Notes: generated by a model from the letters alone, not told the origin. 64,000 nt of DNA from an uncultured delta proteobacterium (GCA_963715335.1 CAVQRZ010000025.1:132936-196935), one strand, 5' to 3'; positions 39,197-49,589 are shown, numbered from the stretch's first letter. Numbers and translations are program-made.

Positions 39197-39880
39197 ATGG
39201 AACATATCCTGCTGAAAATTTCCATTATGCTGGTGCCGGCGCTGCTGGCCGTCACCCTGCATGAAGTGGCGCATGGCTTCTCTGCCGAAAAGCTCGGAGA
39301 CCCGACCGCGAGGCTGCTCGGCCGCCTGACGTTGAACCCGCTCAAACACCTCGATCCGATCGGAACCATAGCGCTGCTGGTTTTCGGTTTTGGCTGGGCC
39401 CGTCCGGTTCCGGTCAATGCGAACAACCTGCGCCATCCGCAGAAGGACATGATCTGGGTCTCCCTTTCCGGTCCTCTGGCGAACCTGATGCTGGCGCTCT
39501 TTTGTGCGTTGCTGCTGCGTGTGGTCGTCTATGTTGCGGCCTCCCTTCCCGAGACCAGTGAAGTGTTGTCATTCATTAAACCGGTCGGCCTGATGGCGGC
39601 CTTCGGTCTCTATATCAACGTCATCCTTTGCCTCTTCAACCTGCTGCCGATCCCGCCGCTCGACGGCGGCCGTGTGCTGATGGGGATTCTGCCGGAGAAA
39701 CAATCGCTGATGCTGCGACGCATCGAACCCTTCGGGATGTTACTGATCGTCTTTTTGATTTTTGGTACGTCGATCTGGAGTAAGGCTTTCGGACCAGCCG
39801 TCCACAACGTGGTGTCTTTGATGGCCGGTCCGCATATGGATGTCGTCGAACAGACCATGCGCCTGCTCTTTTACCGGTGA
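39197..39880 (+). CDS. Site-2 protease (M50 family, YwhC-like)
   Basis: HEVAH zinc motif, GD.TAR..GRLTLNP..H.DP.GT, NLLPIPPLDGG. Confidence 0.93.
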   Translation: MEHILLKISIMLVPALLAVTLHEVAHGFSAEKLGDPTARLLGRLTLNPLKHLDPIGTIALLVFGFGWARPVPVNANNLRHPQKDMIWVSLSGPLANLMLALFCALLLRVVVYVAASLPETSEVLSFIKPVGLMAAFGLYINVILCLFNLLPIPPLDGGRVLMGILPEKQSLMLRRIEPFGMLLIVFLIFGTSIWSKAFGPAVHNVVSLMAGPHMDVVEQTMRLLFYR

Positions 39881-40656
39881 TGATGATGAGTGGCTACGAT
39901 ATCCACCTGGAGAATTTCGAGGGGCCGCTCGACCTTCTGCTCCATCTCATCAAGAAGAACGAGATGGATATTTCCGATATCCCGATCGCTGCAGTCACCG
40001 AGCAGTACCTCGGCATCCTCGATGCCATGAAGACCCTCAATCTCGACATAGCAGGAGAGTTCCTGCTGATGGCGGCCACCTTGCTGCACATCAAGTCGAA
40101 GATGCTCCTGCCTAGTATCGTTGAAGACGAAACGGAGGAAGAGGAAGAAGATCCGCGCGCGGAACTGGTCCGGAGACTGCTCGAGTACCAGAAGTACAAG
40201 GACGTTTCGGAGACTCTCGAAGCCAGGCCCCTGCTGGGACGCGACCTGTTTACCCGAGCAGTTCCCGAGCCGGAGGTGCTGGAAGAGGCTGAGACGGGGT
40301 TTGTCGCAGTCGGCCTGTTTGACCTGTTGGCCGCATTGAGGGACGTCCTTGAGGAAAAGCCCGAGGAGCTTGTTCACGAAGTCAATATGGAAAAACTTTC
40401 CGTGACGGATCGCATCAACGCGATTTTGACCGGATTGCAGGGGAAGGAAAGTGTAGCTTTCCTCGACCTTTTCAGTGACGGCATCAAGCGTTCGGAGGTC
40501 ATTGTGACTTTTCTGGCCCTGCTGGAACTGGTCAAGATGCGCATGGTCCGCTTCATGCAGAATACTCATCACGGAACCATCTGGCTCTTCCTGTCCGTTG
40601 CGGTTGACGACACTGCAACGCTGGAAGTCGGAGAAGACAGTCTTGGATATACATGA
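39880..40656 (+). CDS. scpA: Segregation and condensation protein A
   Basis: FEGPLDLLLHLI, EFLLMAATLL.IKSKMLLP, TFLALLEL. Confidence 0.96.
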   Translation: MMMSGYDIHLENFEGPLDLLLHLIKKNEMDISDIPIAAVTEQYLGILDAMKTLNLDIAGEFLLMAATLLHIKSKMLLPSIVEDETEEEEEDPRAELVRRLLEYQKYKDVSETLEARPLLGRDLFTRAVPEPEVLEEAETGFVAVGLFDLLAALRDVLEEKPEELVHEVNMEKLSVTDRINAILTGLQGKESVAFLDLFSDGIKRSEVIVTFLALLELVKMRMVRFMQNTHHGTIWLFLSVAVDDTATLEVGEDSLGYT

Positions 40657-41242
40657 TCTCATACCATTGGCAGAAGCCCTGATCTTTGCTGCCGACGGGC
40701 CGATCAAAGCCGAACGTATGGCTGAAGCGCTGGATGTGCCTCTGACAGATGTCAGGGAAGCTATAACGGCGCTTGAGGTGGATTACGCCGAGCGTCCGCG
40801 CGGGTTCTTCCTGCAGGAAGTTGCCGGTGGCTACCAGTTGAGGACCCGCCCGGAATATGCTGATTACCTGAGAAAGCTTGGTCGCAGCCGGCCATTCCGT
40901 TTTTCACGCCCCGCCCTGGAGAGCCTGGCGATCGTCGCTTACCGCCAGCCGGTCACCCGTTCGGAAATCGAATACCTGCGTGGCGTCGATTCCGGCAGCG
41001 TTCTGAAGACCTTATTGGAGAAGCATCTGGTGAGAATTCTGGGCAAGAAGGATGTCCCGGGCAAGCCGATGATCTACGGTACGACCAGGGAGTTCCTCGA
41101 ACTGTTTGGCCTGCCCGACCTGTCGTCACTGCCAACCCTCAGTGAGTTCAGCGAACTGGCACCTGATGCCGAAACAGAGGCGCTCATGGAAAGCCTACCG
41201 TTGCTGGTTGATGGGGAAGAATCAGGCCCGCGGGATACGTAA
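40643..41242 (+). CDS. scpB: Segregation and condensation protein B
   Basis: EALIFA, VAGGYQLRT, ALESLAIVAYRQPVTR.EIE..RGV, YGTT..FL..FGL; TTG start after GGAG. Confidence 0.96.
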   Translation: MDIHDLIPLAEALIFAADGPIKAERMAEALDVPLTDVREAITALEVDYAERPRGFFLQEVAGGYQLRTRPEYADYLRKLGRSRPFRFSRPALESLAIVAYRQPVTRSEIEYLRGVDSGSVLKTLLEKHLVRILGKKDVPGKPMIYGTTREFLELFGLPDLSSLPTLSEFSELAPDAETEALMESLPLLVDGEESGPRDT

Positions 41243-41383
41243 CGAAGTGCGAGGTGCGTAGCGCGATGTGCGAAAAGCATCATGCCTGACAACTTTTTAT
41301 ACCAAATGATTTTTGGGATAATCTGAGTTAAAGATGCTTTTGTAACGAATTCTTCTTTCGCACTTCGCACCTCTCACTTCGCG
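41243..41383 (+). repeat. Heptamer inverted-repeat element (CGAAGTG type) after scpB
   Basis: Left cgaagtg cgaggtg cgtagcg cgatgtg cgaaa; right tttcg cacttcg cacctct cacttcg; spacer about 85 nt. Confidence 0.88.
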
Positions 41384-41395
41384 GGTCACGCTTGT

Positions 41396-41428
41396 AAAAA
41401 AAAGCCGGCAACCAATTGGTTGCCGGCT
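41396..41428 (-). terminator. Rho-independent terminator of the PxxKW gene
   Basis: AGCCGGCAACC / GGTTGCCGGCT stem with A8 on the plus strand. Confidence 0.8.
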
Positions 41429-41457
41429 CTAAGTCTTTTACGTCGACGAGATTGCCG

Positions 41458-41736
41458 TTAACGACCAGCGCGCTTCGAAGCTTTGAGCGGGTTGACCTTG
41501 ACGTCTTCAATCTTGACTTCAACTTTCCGATGAGTGGCCATGTTGCAGAGGCCTGCGGACCATTTCTTGATCGGGGCAGGGGCCTTGAGGCAGACCGGGC
41601 CGATGGTGCCTTCGGCGATATGATCGCAACCTACACACATTTCGATCACGTTCTGGCAGCTGCCGCCTTCGCAAATACAACCTTTTTTACTCCAGAAAGT
41701 ACATTCTGTTCCGGGAAGAACTGTTTGACACTGCAT
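41458..41736 (-). CDS. PxxKW-family cysteine-rich protein
   Basis: C-rich 92 aa with PIKKW, CNMATH and C-terminal NPLKASKR, typical of Deltaproteobacteria. Confidence 0.88.
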   Translation of the reverse strand: MQCQTVLPGTECTFWSKKGCICEGGSCQNVIEMCVGCDHIAEGTIGPVCLKAPAPIKKWSAGLCNMATHRKVEVKIEDVKVNPLKASKRAGR

Positions 41737-41873
41737 GGGGCACTCCTTTTACCTATTACTTGGTTCACGTTTACGAGGGGGATTTCTACCTCCTTTTGCA
41801 GAGCTTTGTCAACTTAAAAAATCCATAAGTTGTTGCCATTGACCGGATTTTTCACGTCAGGTAGTTTGTTGAT

Positions 41874-42176
41874 ATGACAAAACCAGGCAAACCGAATACG
41901 AAGAGCTGGGAGGCACTCTGCAGCCGATGCGGCCGATGCTGTTTCGAAAAGATCGATTTCGAGGGACGCATCTACTACACGGGACTGCCGTGTGAATATC
42001 TCGATACCGAGACGAAGCGCTGCCATGTCTACGATGAACGCGACGAGAAGCGTCCCGGCTGCGTGCGCCTGACATCTGAAAATATCAAAAAAGGGTTCCT
42101 GCCGGCAGACTGCGCTTACGTAGCCGACATCGAGGATTATCCTGCTCCGATAATGCCGGAAGATGAGGAAATATGA
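41874..42176 (+). CDS. YcgN/YkgJ-like CxxCxxCC cysteine-cluster protein
   Basis: WEALCSRCGRCC..K, C.YLD.ET.RC.VY..R, LPADCAY. Confidence 0.82.
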   Translation: MTKPGKPNTKSWEALCSRCGRCCFEKIDFEGRIYYTGLPCEYLDTETKRCHVYDERDEKRPGCVRLTSENIKKGFLPADCAYVADIEDYPAPIMPEDEEI

Positions 42177-42388
42177 AGTGCGAGGTGCGCTGTGTGAGAT
42201 GCGAAAACTCTAAAGTAAAAGCAAATATATCTCTCGCAGAGGCGCAGAGCGCGCAAAGAAAGAATAATAGACAGCTGTAAACTCTTGAAGTTTTGGAAGC
42301 CTCTGTGCTCTCAGCGTCTCATCTGAATGATGCGAATGGGCGAAAGCTAAAGATTTTTCACGCCTCGCGCTTCGCACCTCACGTTTCA
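42174..42388 (+). repeat. Heptamer inverted-repeat element containing a nested CGCAGAG-family element (42232-42345)
   Basis: Left tgaagtg cgaggtg cgctgtg tgagatg cgaaaa (starts at the TGA stop); right ttttca cgcctcg cgcttcg cacctca cgtttca. Confidence 0.85.
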
Positions 42389-42435
42389 TCTGCTATTCTT
42401 CAAACAGCACATGATCTCACCAAGGAGATAAACGC

Positions 42436-43857
42436 ATGCCCCAGATCAAGTTCGGTACTTCCGGCTGGCGCGGAATCCTGGCCGAGGATTTTACCCTGGA
42501 TAATGTCCGTGTGGTCGTTCAGGCGATTGCAGATTTTCTTAAGGCCGACAACGGTGGCGGCCGCGGCCTGGTGATCGGTCACGACAGCAGGTTCTTCGGT
42601 AAACGGTTTGCGCATGAATCGGCACGGGTCCTGGCCGGTTCAGGTGTGCGATCTTTCATCTGCAAGGACGACACGCCAACACCGGTCATTGCCTACGAGA
42701 TTATGCGACGTGTCACAGACGGTGCGATCAATTTCACCGCCAGTCACAATCCCAGCGAATACAACGGCATCAAATTCTCCACTGCCTGGGGAGGGCCGGC
42801 GCTACCGGAGGTGACCGCCGAGATCGAACGGCGCGCCAATGCCATGCTCGGCGAAGTCTGTTATCGCGAAAAGCCACTTGACCAGGCTGTGCGCTCTGGC
42901 CTGGTCGAAGAAATCGATCCGATGCCCGACTACCTTGACGTGATTCGCAAAAAGGTCAATCTCGATGCCATCGGCAGGTCCGGGATGACGGTGATCTTCG
43001 ACCCGATGTACGGTGCGGGGCGTAATTATGTCGATGGTCTGCTGGTAGAAGCCGGGCTTCGAGTACAGACGATCAACAATAGCCGCGACCCATACTTTGG
43101 CGGCATGCCGCCTGATCCTTCACCCGCCCATCTCAACGATCTGATCACCAGGGTCAAAGGTGACAAACGGGTTGCTCTCGGTCTGGCGACGGATGGAGAC
43201 GCCGATCGCTATGGCATTATCGATGCCGACGGTACATTCATCGAGCCGAACTATATCCTGGCCCTACTGTATGACTATTTGATCAGAAGGAAAGGGGAGT
43301 CGGGTGACGCCGCACGATCGGTGGCTACCTCGCATTTTATCGATGCCGTAGCGGCCCACCATGGCTACGCGGTGCGAGAGACCCCGGTCGGATTCAAATA
43401 TATCGGCGAGTTCATACGCGACAACCAGATCGTCATCGGTGGTGAAGAAAGCGCCGGCCTGAGCCTGCGTGGTCACGTCCCGGATAAGGACGGCGTGCTG
43501 GCCTGCCTGCTGGTCGCCGAGATGGTTGCCGTTGAGGGCAAGACGATCAAACAGTTGCTGCAAAATCTCTACGCACGTGTCGGTGCATTTCACACGTCCC
43601 GCAAGAACCTGCGCCTCTCCATATCGTTGGCAGAGAAGATCGGCGACAAGCTCGCCTCGCCCCCGGACCAACTCGCCGGCAGGCAGGTCACTGAGACGGT
43701 CACCACTGACGGCGTCAAGATGATCCTCGAAGACGGCTCATGGGCCTTGTTCCGCAAGTCGGGAACCGAACCGGTGGTTAGGGTCTACACTGAAGCAGGC
43801 AGCGTCGCAGCGCTGGAGGAGTTGACCTCTGCAGCGGTTGGGTTTGTTGAAAGCTGA
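42436..43857 (+). CDS. Phosphoglucomutase/phosphomannomutase family protein
   Basis: FGTSGWRG, TASHNP, DGDADR, GEESAG, RKSGTEP. Confidence 0.95.
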   Translation: MPQIKFGTSGWRGILAEDFTLDNVRVVVQAIADFLKADNGGGRGLVIGHDSRFFGKRFAHESARVLAGSGVRSFICKDDTPTPVIAYEIMRRVTDGAINFTASHNPSEYNGIKFSTAWGGPALPEVTAEIERRANAMLGEVCYREKPLDQAVRSGLVEEIDPMPDYLDVIRKKVNLDAIGRSGMTVIFDPMYGAGRNYVDGLLVEAGLRVQTINNSRDPYFGGMPPDPSPAHLNDLITRVKGDKRVALGLATDGDADRYGIIDADGTFIEPNYILALLYDYLIRRKGESGDAARSVATSHFIDAVAAHHGYAVRETPVGFKYIGEFIRDNQIVIGGEESAGLSLRGHVPDKDGVLACLLVAEMVAVEGKTIKQLLQNLYARVGAFHTSRKNLRLSISLAEKIGDKLASPPDQLAGRQVTETVTTDGVKMILEDGSWALFRKSGTEPVVRVYTEAGSVAALEELTSAAVGFVES

Positions 43858-44250
43858 TGTGTGGCATCGTGAAGTCAGTAAGTTAGAGGAAATTTAGGCT
43901 TGACAATTATTATTTGTATAAATTAACGTACAAGCAGTTGTCTTTATTCTTTTATTTAATTTGATTTGTTTTCTTTAGGAGGGGGCGCATGAACAAGGCT
44001 ACGGCTTGCGCTGTTGGCTGGTCCGGGACTAGAACCTTTGGTCCGGGATACCTCTTTTGCACCCTGTCTCTGGTGCACCACTCCCGCTTTTGTCAATTAT
44101 CAATAAAGCTTGTCCGTGGCGATTTTCCATGCAACCACGAAGACGGGATACCTATGTCTGAATTGTCATGATTACATGAGAATTGAATGGGAGGCGGCAT
44201 AAATCTAACCTGCTGCCATGTACTTGATTGCTATCAAAAAGGAGGAGCGT

Positions 44251-45074
44251 ATGAAGAAACCCGGATTCATCTTGATGTTGTTGCTTGTTGTCTGTCCGAT
44301 TGCGTCAACAGCCTCTGCGTTGGAAGTTATTGCTGAGGCGCGTTTCGAATCGGTCCGAGGAAAGCCGTTGCAGGAAGAGCTCAGATTTTCGAGCCAAGGC
44401 TATGAGGAGATTGTCCTTGCGGTTCAGAACGGTGCGGAAGATGGCACTGACCGGGTGTCGAGTGCAGTCATCAGCCTCAATGGTGTGAAGGTGCTGCAAC
44501 CTTCGGATTTCAGCCAGAAGGTTGCAAATTTGCAACGTGTCATTGTTCCCCATGAACTGGAAAATGTCCTGTCGGTCAGCGTGCGGAGCAAGCCGGACGG
44601 GTATCTCTTTGTTCAGATCCTGGGTGAGCCCTCCCTGAATCTGCCGCCTGATCCCGGCCCGGCAGGTGATGAAACCATAGAGGGTATCGACACGGATCAG
44701 AATGGAGTTCGTGATGACATAGATCGTTGGATCGGCCTGAATTATCGTAACTCCGAGAAAACCCGCATGGCGCTGACGCAGGCTTACTACCCATTACAAA
44801 ACTTTATGATTCATGCTCGTGAAGGTGATCGTGATGCTGTTCATAATGATATGAATCGATGCAGAGAGCCAACGAATGTCTCAATTTGTTCGTCCTGATG
44901 ATGCACATCACATCTGGTGAAGAGTTACATGCACAAGTAGTAAACACTACTGAGAGGACTTCACGCTTATTCGCGATTCGAGTCGAATTTTAGGTGGTGG
45001 GTCTTTTCCGCGAGTCCCATACTCAAAATGGAAAGCATAGTTGTACTTTTGATCCTGATGCTCTTGAAAATTAA
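44251..45074 (+). pseudogene. Secreted protein with LPPDPG..G..T..GID.D.NGVRDD motif; C-terminus broken by several indels
   Basis: Signal peptide and SD GGAGG. ORF ends at 44898, but coding-like text continues in shifted frames to ...CTFDPDALEN* at 45074. Confidence 0.6.
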
Positions 45075-45088
45075 TTGAGGAGGGGAAA

Positions 45089-46309
45089 ATGAAATGTTTT
45101 TGTAATGTAATGATTTTTCGATGGTTTTTTTGATGCAGTCATCAATAGTTGACAATTGTGACGCTAACTACTGTGCAATAAGAACAATGTATTCTTTTTG
45201 GCAATGGAATGTTCAACGACCAACACATGCGGATAGCAGCTGGGTTGAATATAGAAGACAGCAATTATGGTTAGAGTTGGAGATTTATCTGATGAAGGTT
45301 GGAAGTTTGAGCTTTCATATAATCATAACGAGAGATGTTTATTCGGTGTTAGAAGTATTTCGTCAACGATTGGGGGATCAAGCTTCATCATATTGGCGAT
45401 GGCTCAGTAATCTGGATGTTGCCCCAGATTGGTTTCAGTCTGTAGCTCAAACAGTAGCTTCCACTTTTGATTCTGTGGAGGCCTTATTGATGAGGATTTA
45501 CAGTCAACACATACAACGTTACCAAGCAGATGATGTTGGAAGGTAGGCGAATCCTGGTCGTTGCACACTCACAGGGCAATCTCTATGCGAATGCCGCCTA
45601 TACTAATCTGGCCGGAAATGATTTGCCGATGGATTCTTTCGGTATTGTTTCGATAGCCAATCCTGCAAGCTATGTGGCAGGCGGGGGACCATACTTCACC
45701 CTGGAGAACGACGTTGTCGTGAATGCCGTTCGTGCAGTTTTATCCAGCACATTACCAGGGAATATATATAATTCGAACGAAACTGCCGACTGGACACATC
45801 ACAACTTCATCGATTCCTACCTCAACGGCAATCAGAGCGGCCCGATGATCATTAACTCAATCCTTAGCGAGGCCAATGCCCTGATGTGGCCGCCGCCGTT
45901 GTTTGGCAGAGGCCCCATCACTGTAACACTGACCTGGGGTGAACAGCCGGATGTTGATCTACACGTCTTTGAACCCAGCCTGGAGCACGTCTACTATTCA
46001 AATATGATCGGCATGCCAGGAGTCCTGAGTCGTGATGATGTTGACTCATATGGCCCGGAGCACTACCTCGTCAATGAATGCAACCAGGTTGAAACCGGCA
46101 GATACAGGGTCGCGGTTAACTATTACCGCGGGGAAGGACCTGAAACCGCCCGCATCCAGATCATGGCAGGTGATATCGTCCGTAATTACTCCGCCCTGCT
46201 TGAGACAGCCTATGGGTCGGCCGGGAACTCCAGCCCTACGCCGGTGGCCAATATCGATGTGGTTGGAGACCCTGAGCAGGGTTATGTTTTCACGGTCAGT
46301 GGTTTATGA
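45089..46309 (+). pseudogene. Alpha/beta-hydrolase-like (AHSQG) protein with C-terminal YfaP/DUF2135-like domain; N-terminus frameshifted
   Basis: SD GAGGAGG plus ATG 45089; fragments 45121-45546 and 45530-46309; VVAHSQGNLYAN; TVTLTWGEQPDVDLHVFEP...DDVDSYGPEHY. Confidence 0.6.
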
Positions 46310-46555
46310 CTGATTGAACGGGTTTAGAGGAAGAGTAACGTTTTGCGACCAGGGTTATGCATGGTCGCTTTTGAGGGGGGCATGGTGTAGTTTCCCCAGA
46401 GCTGTACCTAAAGAAAGATCTCCGCACATGTGATGCAATGACTGCCACGGCAGTATGTCGAGCCGCTACGACCGAGGGGGGGGGCGGCAATGGAGGGGAC
46501 GCGGAGTCTTTCTACCCCATTTTGTGATGTCTCATTGTGATGAGACGATTGTTAT

Positions 46556-46585
46556 GGCCCGCCTGCAAAGGCGGGCCGATTTTTT
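46556..46585 (+). terminator. Rho-independent terminator
   Basis: GGCCCGCCT-gcaa-AGGCGGGCC followed by a T run. Confidence 0.75.
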
Positions 46586-46600
46586 ATAAATATTCTTTTC

Positions 46601-46719
46601 TCTCGCCGAGGCACGGGGCACACAGAGAAAGGTATGTTTACGCAATGTTGAAACCAATAATAAAGATGTTCCTCCAGTGACCTCTGCGCCTCGAGTGAGT
46701 GAAACGAACGGGCGTGAAA
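46601..46719. repeat. CGCAGAG-family stem-loop element (copy 3)
   Basis: 3' end cctctgcgcctcgagtgagtgaaacgaacgggcgtgaaa is 36/39 identical to 39000-39038. Confidence 0.8.
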
Positions 46720-46821
46720 CGGATGTTCAAAGCAGTATGTCGCAAGGTTACTTCTTCCATCAATATGAGAATTCTGCTATAAGCGAAGCAGTTTTTACCT
46801 TAGCGTTTTCGGAGGGCCTGG

Positions 46822-48174
46822 ATGGTTTCATTCGCGGATATTAAAAATGGTCACGCAAGAATCGCTGTTATCGGCCTCGGCTACGTCGGTCTGCCGCTGG
46901 CGGCAGCTTTCGGTCGCCATGTGCCGGTGATCGGTTTCGATATCAGCGAAACCAAGATCTCGGAACTGGAGGGAGGGCATGACAGCACCGGAGAGCTGAC
47001 GTCTGACGAACTGGCCGCAACGCAGATCAAATACACCACCGACTCGGCCCGTCTGCAAGACGCTTCATTCCTTATCGTGACCGTCCCCACGCCGCTCAAA
47101 TGTGACAAGACTCCCGACCTTGGCCCGCTGCAGGCTGCTTCGACGACCATCGGCCGCAATCTGAAACCGGGCAGCATCGTTGTTTATGAATCAACCGTTT
47201 ATCCCGGTGTAACCGAGGATGTCTGCGTACCGATTCTCGAAGCGGAATCTAGTCTGAAGTGTGGGCAGGACTTCAAGGTCGGTTATTCCCCTGAGCGCAT
47301 CAACCCCGGCGACAAGGTGCACACGGTCGACAAGATCATCAAGGTGGTCAGCGGTCAGGATGCGGAAACCCTGGATACTGTGGCTCTGGTCTACGGCATG
47401 ATCGTTACGGCCGGCGTACATCGTGCCTCTTCGATCAAGGTCGCGGAAGCCGCCAAGGTCATTGAGAATACCCAGCGCGATCTGAATATCGCCCTGATGA
47501 ACGAATTGGCCCTGATCTTCGACAAACTGAGGATATCCACCAGTGAAGTGCTCGAAGCAGCCGGCACCAAATGGAATTTCCTCAGGTTCACGCCCGGACT
47601 GGTCGGTGGCCACTGTATCGGCATCGACCCCTATTATCTCACCTACAAAGCCGAAAGCATCGGCTACTACCCGCAGGTCATCCTCTCAGGCCGCCGCATC
47701 AACGACGGCATGGGCAAGTACATTGCCGAAACCACGGTCAAGAAGATGATCGAGGCAGATAAGCCGATCAAGGGAAGCCGGGTGCTTGTACTTGGGCTGA
47801 CTTTCAAAGAGAATGTCCCGGATATTCGTAACACGCGGGTGATTGATATCATCGAGGAGCTGCGCAGCTACGGCGTGAACCCTCTTGTACATGACCCGAT
47901 GGCGAATGCCGATGAAGCGAAACATGAGTACGGTATTGAACTGATTGACCTGCAAGACCAGGATCCGTTTGATGCCGTTATCTATGCTGTCCCTCATACT
48001 GTATTTGAGTCTTTTTCCTCCGCAGATTTTGCAGTCCTTTGTGGATCCCGGAGTGCGGGACGCGAGACGCGAGAGCTGGACAATTGCACGCCCCTTGGGG
48101 TTGTGATTGACGTTAAGTCAAGACTTCACCGTGAGGCCGTTGAGGGAGAGGGGTTGGTTTATTGGGCTTTATGA
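46822..48174 (+). CDS. Nucleotide-sugar dehydrogenase (UDP-HexNAc 6-dehydrogenase, TviB/WbpO-like)
   Basis: [57 protein letters not shown]. Confidence 0.93.
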   Translation: MVSFADIKNGHARIAVIGLGYVGLPLAAAFGRHVPVIGFDISETKISELEGGHDSTGELTSDELAATQIKYTTDSARLQDASFLIVTVPTPLKCDKTPDLGPLQAASTTIGRNLKPGSIVVYESTVYPGVTEDVCVPILEAESSLKCGQDFKVGYSPERINPGDKVHTVDKIIKVVSGQDAETLDTVALVYGMIVTAGVHRASSIKVAEAAKVIENTQRDLNIALMNELALIFDKLRISTSEVLEAAGTKWNFLRFTPGLVGGHCIGIDPYYLTYKAESIGYYPQVILSGRRINDGMGKYIAETTVKKMIEADKPIKGSRVLVLGLTFKENVPDIRNTRVIDIIEELRSYGVNPLVHDPMANADEAKHEYGIELIDLQDQDPFDAVIYAVPHTVFESFSSADFAVLCGSRSAGRETRELDNCTPLGVVIDVKSRLHREAVEGEGLVYWAL

Positions 48175-48184
48175 ATCCGGATAA

Positions 48185-48239
48185 GAGGAAAGGGGGAAGT
48201 GGAAAGAGGTATACCCTCTAACCCCTAACCGCTTTCCCC
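48185..48239 (+). repeat. Purine/pyrimidine heptamer-like inverted element with no spacer
   Basis: gaggaaa gggggaa gtggaaa gagg-tata-ccctct aacccct aaccgct ttcccc. Confidence 0.5.
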
Positions 48240-48280
48240 AAATGGTTCTCAACGTTTAATTTTCTAACTTTAATTTTAAT

Positions 48281-48310
48281 TTGACATAATAGTGTTTAAT
48301 TGTGTATAAC
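48281..48310 (+). promoter_or_regulatory. Sigma70-type promoter upstream of wza
   Basis: TTGACA-18 nt-TATAAC with upstream TG, in AT-rich context. Confidence 0.5.
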
Positions 48311-48413
48311 TAGCGGCAATAAGTCATCATGACTTCAGGGGGTTACCATATCTGGTCATGTTGCGAGCTGAACAGTTTCCTGTTAACATGCCTTTATTAT
48401 GAGCGGATTTGTC

Positions 48414-49481
48414 ATGAATAAAACATTTCTGATGGTGCTTGCAGGGGTTGGGTTTGTTCTTTCCCTGTGCGGTTGTGTGCGGTACGAAGAGTTGCCGCCG
48501 GGTACCGTAAGGGACATCAATGGTGGCAGCAGTGCGATCCTTGAACTTCAGGACGTCAAGGTGCCGCAGCCGACTCCGGAAGCGGAAGTCATCACTGAAT
48601 ATAGGGTTGGCCCGGGTGACGTCCTGACCATAAATGTCCCGGGGCTCATAGATACCCACGGCAATAACAACGAAAAAACCCAGAATTACCAGGGCTTCCG
48701 AGTCTCGAGCAGCGGCAGGATCCTGCTCCCCCTGGTCGGTGCTGTTGATGTTGATGGACTGACCATCGAAGAAATCCAGTCACTTCTCACCAAAGAAATC
48801 AAAACCTACATCAAGAAACCGATGGTCACGGTCGAGATTCGCGAATTTAAGTCGCAACCGCTCTACCTCCTTGGCAAGTTCAACATGCCCGGTCTTTATT
48901 ACATGGATCGTCCGACCAATGTGCTACATGGCGTCTCCATGGGCAATGGACTGCACGAAACGGCCAACCTGCGCAGCGCCCGTCTTTTGCGATCCGAACG
49001 GGTTCAGCCGGTTGATATTTATCATCTTCTTTATAACAATGACTTGCGGCAGAACGTGCAACTGCGACCTGGCGACACGATTTTTGTGCCAGGCAACGAA
49101 GAGCAGCAGGTGTTTGTCTTTGGCCAGGTCGACAAGCCAGGGCCGGTACAAATGGTGAACGGCCGGCTGAATCTCCTTCAGGCTTTGAGCACTGCGTCTG
49201 TAGGATCCGGGTCGAACAAATCTTACCCTTACGATCAAGAACGGGTTCGCATTATCCGGTCTCTTTCGCCGACCCAGGGTCAACTAATGGTGGTTGATTT
49301 AGGGAAGATGATGGATGGACATGCCATGCCGATGCCTTTGATGAATGGTGACATCATCTATGTCCCGACAAACGCTGCTGGTACCTGGAATGAAACGATC
49401 TCGCAGATTCTACCTTCCTTACAGCTAATATCGGGCCTTTTACAGCCGTTTGTGCAAATCGAATACCTTCAGGATAATTAA
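48414..49481 (+). CDS. wza: Polysaccharide export outer-membrane lipoprotein (Wza-like)
   Basis: Lipobox LCGC, YRVGPGDVL, G.I.LPLVG, SLBB repeats, C-terminal WN..ISQILP. Confidence 0.9.
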   Translation: MNKTFLMVLAGVGFVLSLCGCVRYEELPPGTVRDINGGSSAILELQDVKVPQPTPEAEVITEYRVGPGDVLTINVPGLIDTHGNNNEKTQNYQGFRVSSSGRILLPLVGAVDVDGLTIEEIQSLLTKEIKTYIKKPMVTVEIREFKSQPLYLLGKFNMPGLYYMDRPTNVLHGVSMGNGLHETANLRSARLLRSERVQPVDIYHLLYNNDLRQNVQLRPGDTIFVPGNEEQQVFVFGQVDKPGPVQMVNGRLNLLQALSTASVGSGSNKSYPYDQERVRIIRSLSPTQGQLMVVDLGKMMDGHAMPMPLMNGDIIYVPTNAAGTWNETISQILPSLQLISGLLQPFVQIEYLQDN

Positions 49482-49524
49482 TGGCTTGGTGTCATGAAGG
49501 CATGATTTTCAGATTAATTACTAC

Positions 49525-49563
49525 AAAGACCGCCGACCTGTTTGGTCGGGCGGTCTTTTCTTT
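49525..49563 (+). terminator. Rho-independent terminator-like hairpin after wza
   Basis: AAAGACCGCC.GACC...GGTCGGGCGGTCTTT followed by T-rich tail. Confidence 0.65.
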
Positions 49564-49589
49564 TCTGTCTGTTAGTGACTTGGTTGAGA

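Noticed and set aside
43989..44171. 60-aa ORF with a good SD and an internal TGGTCCGGGA direct repeat
   Set aside because: No recognisable family; cannot be distinguished from a chance ORF or relic without homology or expression data
46434..46454. Isolated CNDCHGS (CxxCH heme motif) in intergenic DNA
   Set aside because: Immediately preceded by a stop codon; a few such motifs are expected by chance across six frames of 64 kb
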